Shown: piece after piece, positions 13,181 to 25,580 of the stretch
Layout of the letters: each line of letters opens with the position of its first letter
How positions within the stretch are numbered: position 1 is the stretch's first letter
Assembly (NCBI RefSeq): GCF_003704095.1
Contig: NW_020846214.1
Coordinates: 1-64,000 of the forward strand
From: Pocillopora damicornis
Taxonomy: Eukaryota
Reading direction: 5' to 3'
Length of the DNA: 64,000 nt
Made by a program: the position numbers and the translations under genes
Notes under the pieces: generated by a model
Seen by the model: the letters and a program-made list of their open reading frames with translations, nothing else
The model's database searches: none
Told to the model about the DNA's origin: nothing

Positions 13181-14079
13181 CTTAAGTCATGATGGGGCGC
13201 GTTGACCAGTAATTTGTATGAGACCGGGAGCTCTTTTCAGAGCTTGCTGAATCCCCCGATCGTTTCTTCAGAGCTCACTGAACCCCCAATCGTTCAACAA
13301 ACTGTCAGTGATCGGGAGCTCTTTTCAGAGCTCTTTGAAACCCCGATCCATCCGATGTTACTAAACATGGTGCTGCCATAAGTTGACGTTGTTAATCCAA
13401 CGTTCGATTTACAAATAAATGGCGAAGGTATTTGGAGATGGAGGGAAGTATTCGGAAGGCCCAAGACACTGTTTGAACTATTAAAAATAAGTGTATCACA
13501 ACTTGGATACCGACTCACGGAATCTGGTTGTGAACGCTTGGGGCAAGCGGAGATTTCGGCTCAAGATCCAGTCCACCTCAAACGGCAAAAAGAAAACAGC
13601 TGAAAGGTGAGACGTGGATTAAGGTTTCTCTTCAGCCTGACGAAATTGAACGGTCTCCTAACGACGTTGTAGCGCACCTCACCCGGGAAAATCGTGAGCT
13701 TCACGCATCTCTAGAAGCAAAGGCGGCAGATCTCTACCGGCACATGTGCGATACCCGCTCTTGCGAATTGACGTTGAATGCTGTCGAGAAGCTTCCCACA
13801 GATTTTAACCCTGTCGAGGTAAGTTTTCCACACGATTTGTTCTTCATCTTATCATTCATTCATTCATTCATAATCTTAATTATTATAGAAAACTCCGGCT
13901 TTATTCAGTCACCTGTCTTAGCCTTTCCTCTAATCTCTTTAACAGTGAAGATGAACCTGGAACCTGCCTGCATACTTTCGTTGAAAATTATTTTGGTTAT
14001 ACCTCAAAATAATGAGATGTTGTTATTTTCGCGTCGGCTAAGAGAAGCGAAATGATCTAATGACTTATATAAGTTGTAT

Positions 14080-14284
14080 TTAGCACCGGTATCACAGAGG
14101 TTATGGGTTCAAATCCCGTACGGGCCTGAATTTTTTTTTCAGGTCCTATTTTCAACTACTCGTTTCAGTAGTGTTCTTAGCTGCGAGGAGCTCTTAATTT
14201 CATCTCTTCACCGCGGTGCAAATATGTGATTTTCATATATCTAAAATCATCATTCATCACTTGGATGGTTTATTTGGACCCAAC
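14080..14284 (+). mobile_element. tRNA-derived SINE-like repeat
   Basis: B-box-like GGTTCAAATCCC followed by a CCTGAA-T-run-TTCAGG hairpin; similar to the core of the 10565 element; ends at a gap. Confidence 0.6.
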
Positions 14285-14944
14285 NNNNNNNNNNNNNNNN
14301 NNNNNNNNNNNNNNNNNNNNNNNNNNNNNNNNNNNNNNNNNNNNNNNNNNNNNNNNNNNNNNNNNNNNNNNNNNNNNNNNNNNNTCCCAGTAAGTAATGT
14401 AAACTGCTTCCTACCGTTGGATATATTTTTAACCTTTTTATTTGGTTTTCTGATTTTTCAAATCTCAAATACGCGATATAGCATGGCACGTTAAAATACG
14501 AAATATCCCTTCGAGTGTTGAACATGTCTCAATAGTGCGAGAAGTGAATTAGAGAAATATTGTTTTCCCATAAATTAAAATGAATTACATACAAAGGGAA
14601 ACACCGAACCATTTCCTTTGCGTACGAATTACTTTGTATCCTAATCCTCGGCATTCACATGTCAAAATAACATGTTGCACGTGTCACATTTTTGCGGAAG
14701 GTCTTCTAGTACTTCCCTGCTAGTTGTTTAGTGAAAAGGGAATATTACATGGCCGCATGGAGATACGAGTGACTCTCTCTTAATGAAATGCTAATCCATT
14801 CTAATTTCGTTGCAAAAGATACAACTGTTATTCAGCCGTAGACACTGTGGAATTTTGAAGGGTCACGTGGTTGTTACTGCTATTGTTATAACAAAAGTCT
14901 TTATTTCCTTGCAGAGAGATGTTACAACTGTGGAAACGTCGGAC

Positions 14945-17900
14945 ACATTCGGGCCCAATGCCGAAGTCCGAAGCGTCGCCGAACAAAAGAATACAGAGGG
15001 GACAGTGACGTGAGTGCTGTTCACTACCACTTCCACGGCACTGTCCGAAATCTAAAAATTTCGAAATAGAGTTTTTTGAATGTGAAATGTGTCATAATGC
15101 ATTCTGCCTAAATCCAAATGGCAGGGGATAACGTGGGTAATGACCTAAGGTAATGGTCTTGAAAATGCGACCTGGAACGATAACACATCCTAACACACGC
15201 ACATATACTCACCCACCCACCTACACATAGAAAAAAGCAAGACATTCGAATTCAAACTAGGCTAGCGCTGGAGCACATATACTGCTTTACCGTGAGAAAG
15301 TTGTTACCAACACAATGCCTGTAAAAGCTGTCCATACCCTGTCACTTTTCAAGCTTGTTTCTAAACATGGTGCCGCCATGCGTTGACGTTGTTAACCCTA
15401 CGTTTGATTTACAAATAAATGGCAAAGTTACTTACATAGTTTGAAATTCATTTCATTAGGGTTAGAGACCGATCTAATTTTTTCTCCTTTTTTGTTATCA
15501 TTATTTTTTTTTTTGCTTAATCTTATCTTAGATACTAATACTCTCCATTACCTTAATATTTATTAATCTTGTTCATTAGACAATTCAACTGTTTACGCAC
15601 AACAAGACAATAATTGTTGAGGTTCGTTGGTCATATCCTAGACTTGTGATGACGTTGGTGTTATCTTCTAGAAAAGAAGAAGCAAGATGATTTTTTAAAT
15701 TGTTTTTCTCAATTATTGATCTGTAAGGCTTTCTATCCAAAGATTTGTTATTCGTAACGCTATAATATATAACTTTTTCCAATTTTACTCTTCGCGAAAA
15801 TTTCATTGTAGAGGATAGTTAAGTTTTTTTCTGCTTTTTTACAACTGTATATAATTCTTATTTCATTTAATAGGTTCTATATCTTTTTTTTTCAATGATA
15901 ATATTCTGAATTAATATTTATACCTAGTTTAATATCCGTTTTCAAATAAAATACTTACATATTTTGAAATTAATTTAATTTGAGTTAGAGATAGATTTCA
16001 TTTCTTTTTCCTTCTTTTCGTTATGATTATTATCTGTTTGGTTATTCTTATCCTATTTACTAATATTCTCCATTGAACAATAGCATTTCTTTGTCTAATG
16101 TTCTAGTGCCATTGTTTTCCGACGGTACACAATAATCTCGAACACAAACCAATGTGTAGAGTATTCTTTAAAGTTCAAAATTTTACTGCTGAAAAAAAGA
16201 CAATCTTACACCAGTTTTCACCTCAACATATCAATTATTTTAGATTTTCAATGCTTTAAGTGTAAAGCACGTGCAACAAGTGTTCTCTTGAACAATTTAA
16301 ATTCCTCCAAAATTGACCTCAAAGACCAGACCACCGCCAACATTTTCGGGCTCAATGCCGAAGACCGAGGCGTCGGGAAGAAAAGAATACAAAACAGTGA
16401 CGTGGGTGGTATCCATTATCACTTTCACAGAACTGTCTAAAGCCTTAAAATTTTGAGATAAAGTGTGTTTTCAATTTGAAATGTCTGATAGTGCATTATG
16501 TCTAAATTGACATTGCAAAGGATAATGTGGGTAATGACTGGTCTTGAAATTGCGAACTGGAATTATAACACATCCTAACACACCCACCCACACACAGAAA
16601 AAAAAAGCAAGACATACGAATTCAAACTAGGCTAGCGTTGGAGCACATATACTGCTCTACCGTGAGAAAGTTGTTACCAACGCAATGCCCGTAAAAGCTG
16701 TCCATACCCCGTCACTTTTCAAGCTTGTTTCTAAACATGGTATAGCCATGCGTTGACGTTGTTAATTCAACGTTTGATTTACAAATAAATGGCAAAGTTA
16801 CTTACATAATTTGAAAATTATTTTATTAGGGTTAGAGACCGATCTAATTCTTTTCTCCTTTTCATCATTCTTATTTTTTGTTTGCTTATTGTTATCTTAG
16901 ATACTAAAACTTTCCAACTCTCCATTACCTCAATATTTATTTATATTATCCATTAGAAAAATTTAACTGTTTACACACAACAAGGCAATGAATGTTGCGG
17001 TTTGTTAGTTATCTCTTAGACTTGTGATGACGTTGATCTTATTTTCTAAAATTGAAAAAGCAAAATGATTTTTTCAATCTATAACCTTTCCCAATTTCAC
17101 TCTCCGCGAAAATTCCATTGTACAGGGTGGTTAAGTTTTTTTTCTGCTTTTTTACAACTATAAATAATTCATATCTCATCAATAGGTTCCATACCTTTTT
17201 TTCTAATGGTAATATTCTGAATTAATTGTTGTACTCAGTTCCATATCCGTTTTCAAATAAAATACTTACATATTTTGAAATTAATTTAATTTCAGTTAGA
17301 GATAGCTTTCATTTCTTTTTCCTTCTTTCAACTATTATTATTTTCTGTTTGGTTATTCTTATCCTATTTACTAATATTCTCCACCACCTAAATTTTTATC
17401 AATCTTGCTCATTGGACAATAGCATTGCTATGTCCAATGTTGTAGTGCCATTGTTTTCCGACGGTACACAACAATCTACAACACAAACCAATGTGTAGAG
17501 ATTCTTTAAAGTTCAGAATTTTTACTGCTGAAAAAAATACAATCCACACCTCAACATAACAATTTCAGATTTTCAATGCTTTTAAGTGTAAAGTATAAGC
17601 AACAAGTGTTCTCTTGAACAATGTAAAATCCCCCTAAATTGACCTCATAGACCAGACCACCGCCAATATTTCTCTCTCCTGGCACACAGCACCAAATTTT
17701 ACCTCAGTTTACTATTTTAAGTTAGTTTTTCTTAAAGTTTCAAGTATAATGCATAAACAACAGGTGTTCTCTTGTACAATGTATAATCTCCTCGAACTGT
17801 CTGCAAAGGCCAGACCGCCACAATATTTCTCTCTCCACTGACACACAGCACCAATTTCTCTACCAATTTTCACCTTAACATACTTCCTTCTTTTAAATGT

Positions 17901-17950
17901 TTGTTATGAATAATACGTAAACAATAAGTGTTCTCCTCTGCATGTAAATT
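14945..17950. repeat. Tandem duplication of a ~1.4-kb unit plus ~160-bp sub-repeats
   Basis: Unit 1 ~14945-16340 and unit 2 ~16341-17665 are colinear (e.g. TTCAAACTAGGCTAGCG at 15251 and 16621). An AACAAGTGTTCTCTTG-like sub-repeat recurs at ~16275, 17601, 17759, 17922. Confidence 0.9.
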
Positions 17951-18158
17951 CCACTGCAACTGTCCGGGAAAAAAAAACAACAATAAACAAAACACAGAGC
18001 ACCACACCATTTTCCCTCCTCAGATAAGCGAGCATTTTCATAATCTCAATCGCTGGCCACCATCACATCATGCAGGACCCTTATCTCCAATTATTTCAAG
18101 TGAACTTTTTCCCAACCTAATATCACTAACAAGTTAACCCAGATCATTAACCCTATTT

Positions 18159-18840
18159 TAAAAACATTAAGTTGTGACATGATCACCAAACACAACAAAC
18201 CAAATGGGCAGGTTTGAACAAGAAACACATTGCATCAGATGCCTCTTTAGGGGCCGTGTGTTAAAAATTTGGATAAGCTGTAATACTTGCAGCCTTATGG
18301 CATAAAACCAATAAAGCCAGAATACACTTAAAATACTCAATCAATTCATGCATTTTAACATCGAGCACTGACGCAGAACAACTCAGCAGCCAGTAGACCT
18401 CTAATCTCACCATTACCTTTCTTGCCCAAATTCAAATCATTTCAACTTGAACTCTCATAGTAAAATAAAGTATTGCTCAACGGAGAAGGATTGCTTATTC
18501 TCGAGTTGAGAGAAGGCATCTGTCTTTCTAGATCTCTCTTTGCATACTCCACAAGTGAAACTCAAACAAGCCAACTAGCACGGAGAGCCAATATTGAGAA
18601 AAGAAACAACTCAAGAACGAAATTAGAGAGCTCAAGTAACAACTGCGTTAAGTTTCTATAGATTCTTAATCTGTGTAATAATTAGGTAGATCATTGAGGT
18701 TGATTGACCCGCCTCGACTGGCAAATCTGCTAACTGCGGGTAACTCATTCTCAAATTTTGTGATGAAATGAATAGTACATGTGTGTGAGCAGTCACATTA
18801 CAAACCTAGCACAAACCAACACACACAACAAAGCCTAAAT
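18159..18840. repeat. ~680-bp direct repeat, copy 1
   Basis: Colinear and highly similar to 22643-23318. Confidence 0.9.
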
Positions 18841-18877
18841 TACCTCCAAGGCCCCTCTCAATTTATTTTATTATTTT

Positions 18878-19670
18878 TTTTTTACGTTACTTGTAGGGTT
18901 CGAACTCTCAATCCTCTATCTTCTTCGTCAGACTAGCAGTCTCTCCTCTATACCATTGTTCTACATGTGCTTGTTGCCAATATAGGGTAACTTTCAAAAT
19001 TATATTTCTAATACCTTATTTAAATTCCAAAAATTAACATTGACATAATTTTCCTCACCTTTAAAACATGTTGGATTTTGCACGAAGAAATGAAATGTTA
19101 ANNNNNNNNNNNNNNNNNNNNNNNNNNNNNNNNNNNNNNNNNNNNNNNNNNNNNNNNNNNNNNNNNNNNNNNNNNNNNNNNNNNNNNNNNNNNNNNNNNN
19201 NACGACGAAGACATGATACGACGAAGACGAAGAAACAAACACGTACGAACGGACGAAGTACCATCAGCAGAAGTATGAAGGACGATTCAAAAACGGGAGA
19301 TGAGAAAATAAATTGAATGAAATTGATGAAAATGAACTCGTAAAGATTTTAAATACTATGACCAAGGTTTTTTTAAGCAATGAAATTAATTAGCAATGAA
19401 ATTTATTAGAAAGACTGCACTTTTATACTTCGATTAAACAAAGATTAACATTTCATTTCTTCGTGCAAAATCCAACATGTTTTAAAGGTGAGGAAAATGA
19501 TTTCAATGTTAATTTTTGGAATTTAAATAAGGTATTAGAAATATAATTTTGAAAGTTACCCATTATTGGCAACAAGCACATGTAGAACAAGGGTATAGAG
19601 GATAGACTGCTGGTCTGACGAAGGAGATAGAGAATTAAGAGTTCGAATCCTACAGGTAACGTAAAAAAAA
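18878..19670. repeat. ~225-bp inverted repeat with tRNA-like segment, spanning an assembly gap
   Basis: 18878-19101 is the reverse complement of ~19446-19670; GTTCGAATCC B-box at 19640-19649. Confidence 0.85.
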
Positions 19671-20239
19671 AGAAAAAATACTCTGAGAGGGGACTTGGAG
19701 GAAGGATAGATAGTAGGAAGTGCCCGCCAGAGAAATGGGGAAGAGAAAGAGGGGAAAATGGAGAGAGAGAGAGAGGGAAAAACAGCGCGGAAAGAAACGC
19801 TGTGAAAAAAATCCACTTTTATTAATGCAGTAAGTAGTAATTAGGGATGTATATATTCAATTACCAAGGGAATTGTCTATTGTATTCAAAGACAAAGAGT
19901 CGAATGCATAATTAGTAAGGACTGCATGCATAATGAAGTATGGGGCTGTGCGGAAATTTTTCCGAGTTGAGCATCAGAGTAAGGCCGAGATGAACTTTCG
20001 CGAGGTTGTGTCTCGAACGAGACGATCCAGCAGATTTCAGTTTGGATGCTCCTTCGCTCGGTATTGTAGGCATGGAAAGCTGTTGGGAAATATACAAAAT
20101 CTTTCCAGGTGTAGAGAAGATACTCCAGGAACAGTCTACGTTCAGTAAGGTGGTGAAGGACAAATAGGTGAATAAGAATACACATAAATTTCGCGGAGCA
20201 CAGAAAACGTCCCCGCCCGCCATGTTATGCAAATTACAA

Positions 20240-20982
20240 GTCGATGTCAAAGCAAATAAAACTGGTGTTGTTTGTTTTTAATGGCTTTAAACCACTCGAT
20301 CCAGGATGTCGTGTTTTTCTATTGGTTGAATTTGGATGCTCTCGTGATTTTGCTGTTGATTCTTTCAAGGATTGTTTTGCTGATTCTGCCTATCTCAGAT
20401 TTGGTGGGGTTGATTAGTCAGCAGGTCGGTTTGTTAACGAAATTTGGTTTGTGGTTTTTCAGTGTTATGAATGCGTCTTTCAGACATGGTTTGATGCTAC
20501 TCTGGGTTAAAGAGGTGTGTCGAAACGTTGGATCTATGAATTGTTACTTCTTGGTGACATTCATTAACTCTTTAAACCAGAGTAGCATCAAACCATGTCT
20601 GATTGTCCACCTGGTTGCCATGTGAACTTTAATATATTTTGAATGCGTCTTTGTTGGCTGTGGTGTCCACCCTGTCATCGATGCCCAGTTTCGTTGCGAT
20701 GTATTTGTTTTCTGAATGGATGGCTCATGTGGTATTCAGTTGTGCTTTTTTGTGGGACTTTGTGATATTGCGTTCTCGTAGATCGTTGTATGTTGACGGT
20801 TCTAGTTTGTAAAAGTTCTTTGTTTTGTCAGCGGCGATGTGTAGCTTGGTTTCGTTTTTTATGCGTTTGGTGTTGTCTTCGAGTTTGTCGAGAAAACGGT
20901 GGTTTACTTGTTGAATTTTGTCGATGGTATCAGCACAGCATGTAGCATGTCGTCTTCAAATTCCTTCAACTCGTCGATTGGA
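20240..20982 (-). mobile_element. Penelope-like retroelement RT N-terminal remnant
   Basis: Hand translation: ELKEFEDDM...KLHIAADKTKNFYKL...YNDL..NITK..KKA...IATKLGIDDRV...DAFITLKNHKPNF.NKPTC*LINPTKSEIGRISK.ILERIN...NQ*KNT...IEWFK.I.NK....FICFDI. Confidence 0.85.
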
Positions 20983-22380
20983 CTATATATCTGTATATAC
21001 ATGCTTAACAAGTACTTTAAGTGCTAAAATGCAAATGCCCAAAATATAAATCCAGTAATAAACCACTACTCTTTGGAATGTTTGATTGCAAAGTTGGTCA
21101 TAAAGTCAAAACAGTTCTTGTAAAGCAAATACACTTATTCATCTTGGTAAATGTGCAAAACTGTTGAAGAATGGTATTCTCCCACTTTCATTTTTAAGGA
21201 GTGGTGTTTACCTTCTGACATGTGGATGATTTTAGTATGATTTTAATGTTTGCATGTTTAACACATATTGAGGGCATTGTGGACTGCTCTGGTATGGGTA
21301 AATGCTAGTTTTAAAGTCCCCTTTTTGCAAGATGAAACATGTTATGATGGCTCTGCCAAAGCGTTATGGTTCTTTGCTCGGTGCTTTTATTCTCCTGCTG
21401 GGACAACACTTGGTCCTCACCTAAGCCTCTCATTGGCCATCTATCAGCTCTCTTGTCTCAGTTTTCCTAGTTGTTTTGAGGTAGCCTTATTTGAATTTAG
21501 AAGGTGTAAATATAACTTGGTTTGGAATCCAAGCTACCATGGTCTTTCCCCCTTTTTTGTGATCATTTTGGCTACTGGCCGTAGGGTGCCTGGTAAAACT
21601 GTGGGTAAATTGGGCTGCAAGGTGGTTTAAATCTGCTGCAAACTGTCATGATTTTGCCAAACTACATCACAGTTGTGAAGGTTCTTGTAAAAAGATATGT
21701 TTCCATTCTCATCTTGGGGGCATTCTCATTTTGCCTTGAGGATGGAAAAATACTAAAGATAAAGAACAAATTAAAATGTAACGGCTGAAAAATATTCAGA
21801 GTAATGATAAAAAACTGATTACAACTTGAATTAAAAAAAGACTTAGCAAGCTGATAAAATACATTACTTAAGAAAAATGGGATTTGATACAAATAAATGA
21901 TAGATGAATTACATACAATACAATAATTGATTATTTGATAGGGTAGTTTATTAGAAAAACATGAGTGAAGATGTTTCTGAGTAAACGTAAAAGCAAACAT
22001 GCACATGGTTATTGGTAATGGTAATTAAACATTGATTTGAGTTCAATTCAGGAAGATTGAGTTTTAAAGAGTGGCCTTTTGAGAAACCCTTTGAACAATC
22101 TGACGGGCTTTTGGGTGTCCTTCTGTAGCCTGCATCTCTTGCTATGTTTTACGGTGTTTGATGTCAAACCACTGGTTCGGGTGTCACCGAGCCCTACAGC
22201 CATCTGCTATTTTTTTTCTTTGAGCGATATGTCATGTTGAGACCTTACTTTATCTTTGTTGCTTTAACCAAATTTGATCGNNNNNNNNNNNNNNNNNNNN
22301 NNNNNNNNNNNNNNNNNNNNNNNNNNNNNNNNNNNNNNNNNNNNNNNNNNNNNNNNNNNNNNNNNNNNNNNNNNNNNNNN

Positions 22381-22560
22381 GGACGAGGGCCACAATCATC
22401 TCACAGTGAACCACAGCCGAAACTTAGTAGACCTAGGCATAGGCACTCATACTCATGGCATCGAAAACACATGGTGGGGAATCAAACGAAGTATGCCTCG
22501 TACAGGAATATCCAAAGATCTCTTCGGTAGCGACCTACAAGAAATATAAACGAGCGTATC
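22381..22560 (+). mobile_element. Merlin (IS1595/ISXO2-like) transposase C-terminal remnant
   Basis: GHNHLTVNHSRNLVD..IGTHTHGIENTWWGIKR matches the H.TVNHS.NFVD..G.HT..IE..W motif; begins at a gap. Confidence 0.8.
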
Positions 22561-22642
22561 GCCAAAGTATATGATGTTCGAAAGACATCATAAAGACTGA
22601 GCTCCTTGTGCCTCTGTATGTGCTTGTGCCATTAACCCCAAG

Positions 22643-23318
22643 TTAAAAACATTAAGTTGTGACATGATCACCAAACACAACAAACCAAATGGGCAGGTTT
22701 GAACAAGAATCACATTGCATCAGATGCCTCCTTGGAGGCTGTGTGTTAAAAATTTGGATAAGCTGTAATACTTGCAGCATTACGGCATAAAACCAGAATA
22801 CACTGAAAATACTCAATCAGTATATGTATTTTCACATCAAGAACTGACGCAGAACAACTCGGCAGCCAGAAGACCTTTAATCTCCATTACCTTTCTTACC
22901 CAAATTCAAATCATTTCAACTTGAACTTTCATTGTAAAATAGAGTATTGCTCAACAGAGAAGGAATGCTTATTCTCGAGCTGAAAGAAGCATCTATCTTT
23001 CTAGATCTCTCTTTGCATACTCCACAAGTGAAACTCAAACGAGCCAACTGGTACGGAGAGCCAATATTGAGAAAAGAAACAACTCAAGAACGAAATTAGA
23101 GAGCTCGAGTAACAACTGCGTTAAGTTTCATTTTTAAGATTCTTCGTCTGTGTAATAATTAAGTAGATCGTTGGAAGTTGATTAACCCGCCTCGATTGGC
23201 AAATCTGCTAACTGCGGGTAACTCATTCTTAAATTTTGTGATGAAATGAATTTTACATGTGTGTGAGCAGTCACATTACAAACCTAGCACAAACCAACGC
23301 ACGTAACAAAGCCTGAAT
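22643..23318. repeat. ~680-bp direct repeat, copy 2
   Basis: Colinear with 18159-18840. Confidence 0.9.
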
Positions 23319-25436
23319 TTATATATTTTTCTTTTATTTAGTACTTTCTTTATCACTATTTTCTGTTTTGTTTATCCTATGTATTAATACTCTCCATTAC
23401 CTTAACATTTTTTATACATATACGCTGTATTTGTCAACTAGGGTATAGTATTAGCTAATCTTTCTCTTTGCCCTTTTCCTCTTCATTTCATTGTATTGCA
23501 ATATGATGGAGAAATAAAATAACAAATAAACCTAAAACTAATGAATTCGGCAAAGACGCTGGCGAAGTGGACGCGTACCGGCATTTCGCTCCAGAGAAAA
23601 AAATATAAAGGGAAAGGCGCGCAGTCAATGATAGTTCAAATATGTTTTTTCTTTATATCGAATTGACTTCTATTTAGAGTAAAATAGATGCCAGTGGAAA
23701 TGACCTTGAACCTCTCAATCTCTCCAAAGCAATAACAGGGCGAAACGCGCCAAGCTAGCATCTTCAAAACTGGCGGTGTGGTAGAGCGTGAGTTAGTTTA
23801 TTTTGTAAGAGATTGTAGAATTGATAATGGTAATTTTCTGTCACAAATAAAGCCACCAGATATTCATGGTTCTTCAAAAATTGCAATTCAATACGTCTGT
23901 GGAAAAAAATTTGACCCAAGCCATTCAGTTTCTTTCAAATTCAACGCATGCAACTGAGGGTGCAATGTTGACAACTCAGATTCTTTGCTCTCAGCGTCAT
24001 TGACACCAGAATAAGCAAATACGTAGCTCGTAAATTACAGTTAAGACGATGAAAGGGCTCACCTAAACCAACGGAAACATGTTCCTCCACCACTCTGCCC
24101 TTTGCAGTCCACAGTTTAGACGGGAGCAACGATAAGATACACCCAATGCAGTTTGCAGACTTCTGATAGAAAACGCGGGTGAGAGCGCTGACTAACTTTG
24201 TTCACTTTTCCCATGGGGCCGGACCAGTCAAAACGTGTTGATTGTACCCGCTGACTCAACAATAGAACAAATTAGATGAGGGTGTCACCTTGCGACTGTA
24301 TTGTGAAATGTTACCAATGATAATTGCAAATAAAATCTACACCTCATTTTTTGTAGAAGTTTCTCAACGTTTTTACAGCATCGTCGGTACTAACCGTGTG
24401 ACAAGAGTTGCGAAAAAAGCATACGTTATAACGCGTACAATTCTTTGTTTATAGAAAACAATGGCAAAGACAATAGCGTACTATTGGGAATCTGCGTAAT
24501 TTTGCGTTGGGTGTGTGTTTGTGTGAGCCTTTTTTTCTGAATCTCTTTTTTAAATGTAGTCAAAATCTCAGTTTTTAAATTCAGTTCAAAGTTTTAACCG
24601 TCGAAGCTATCAAAATGTTATATTCTGTCGAAGAATGTGTTTTCTTGTTCCTTTTTTTGTCGCAACAGTTTTTTTCTTTTTTTCTTTGTCACGCGCAGTA
24701 CTTTGACTATAATGACTACCGTAGTAATCCTTCAACAAAGGAGAAAAACATTTTTTTCCACAGCCTTAGTTAGTTTATGGACTAGCTGTATTGTTTCGTA
24801 GGCTCGCGCGAGGCGACTTGTTTAAAAGAAACCTATGACACCCCACCTGTAAAGGGAACTACAATGAAATGGTGTATCCAAACGTTGTACGAGTTAAAAC
24901 TGGGACTGAATAGCACCTCTATTCCTTGGCCCACCCTTCAGCCCTCTCTTCCACGCTTCTTTCTTTTACTTTAGAGAAAGACATTTGATATAAAACTAGT
25001 TTCTAACTTCTACAACGTGTTAGATTCCCACTGCATTCAGACTTTCTTTATTCCTTTTTCCTATACCGAGGACTTAATGTGGACTGAACACAACTGGACT
25101 GAATGCTGTATTAGAACTTCCGTTTTGATGAAGCGAAGCGTCCAAACTAATGTGCTTAATGAAAAGAAAAGCAGAAAGGGAAAAAATGGAACGCGTAGTC
25201 CAGAACCTTGTTGTACAAAGTTACTGACTGTTTTTTTTTTCTGCAAGAGACGAATGGTTTTTCTTAATAGAATGAGGCATGAGAACTTGTAAATTAAAGG
25301 AAACTTGACACAAGAGAAACGATTTGGAAGATATGAAATCTAAACGCATATCTTTCCTAGTTAATGAGCGAGAAGAAAAACTTGACAAGTTCTTACCCGC
25401 CATATTCTAAAATTACATACCACGTTGATTTTCAAA

Positions 25437-25521
25437 TGCGCGAGCCATAGCTCGCGCACGCCGTGTTTGTAGCATCACAATGATAACTCTACATACGTAG
25501 ACAAGTTCAGTTGAGAACACT
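25437..25521 (+). promoter_or_regulatory. Putative core promoter conserved between paralogs A and B
   Basis: ACTCTACATACGTAGACARGTTCAGTTGAGAACACT occurs upstream of both ATGs (25486-25521, and ~10000-10035 on minus) and contains an Inr-like TCAGT. Confidence 0.55.
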
Positions 25522-25580
25522 GTGTAAACTGCGCGTCCAAGATCCTTCGGAGATTTTAGTCACAAAGTTACCAGTTGGAA

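Noticed and set aside
14085-14125. Genuine tRNA genes (also near 19590-19650)
   Set aside because: B-box present, but I cannot fold a full cloverleaf; embedded in repeats
19933-20148. Possible N-terminus of the Merlin transposase
   Set aside because: No diagnostic motif; link to the 22381 fragment crosses a gap
23680-24330. Coding-like degenerate segment
   Set aside because: Stops in all frames examined and no recognisable domain
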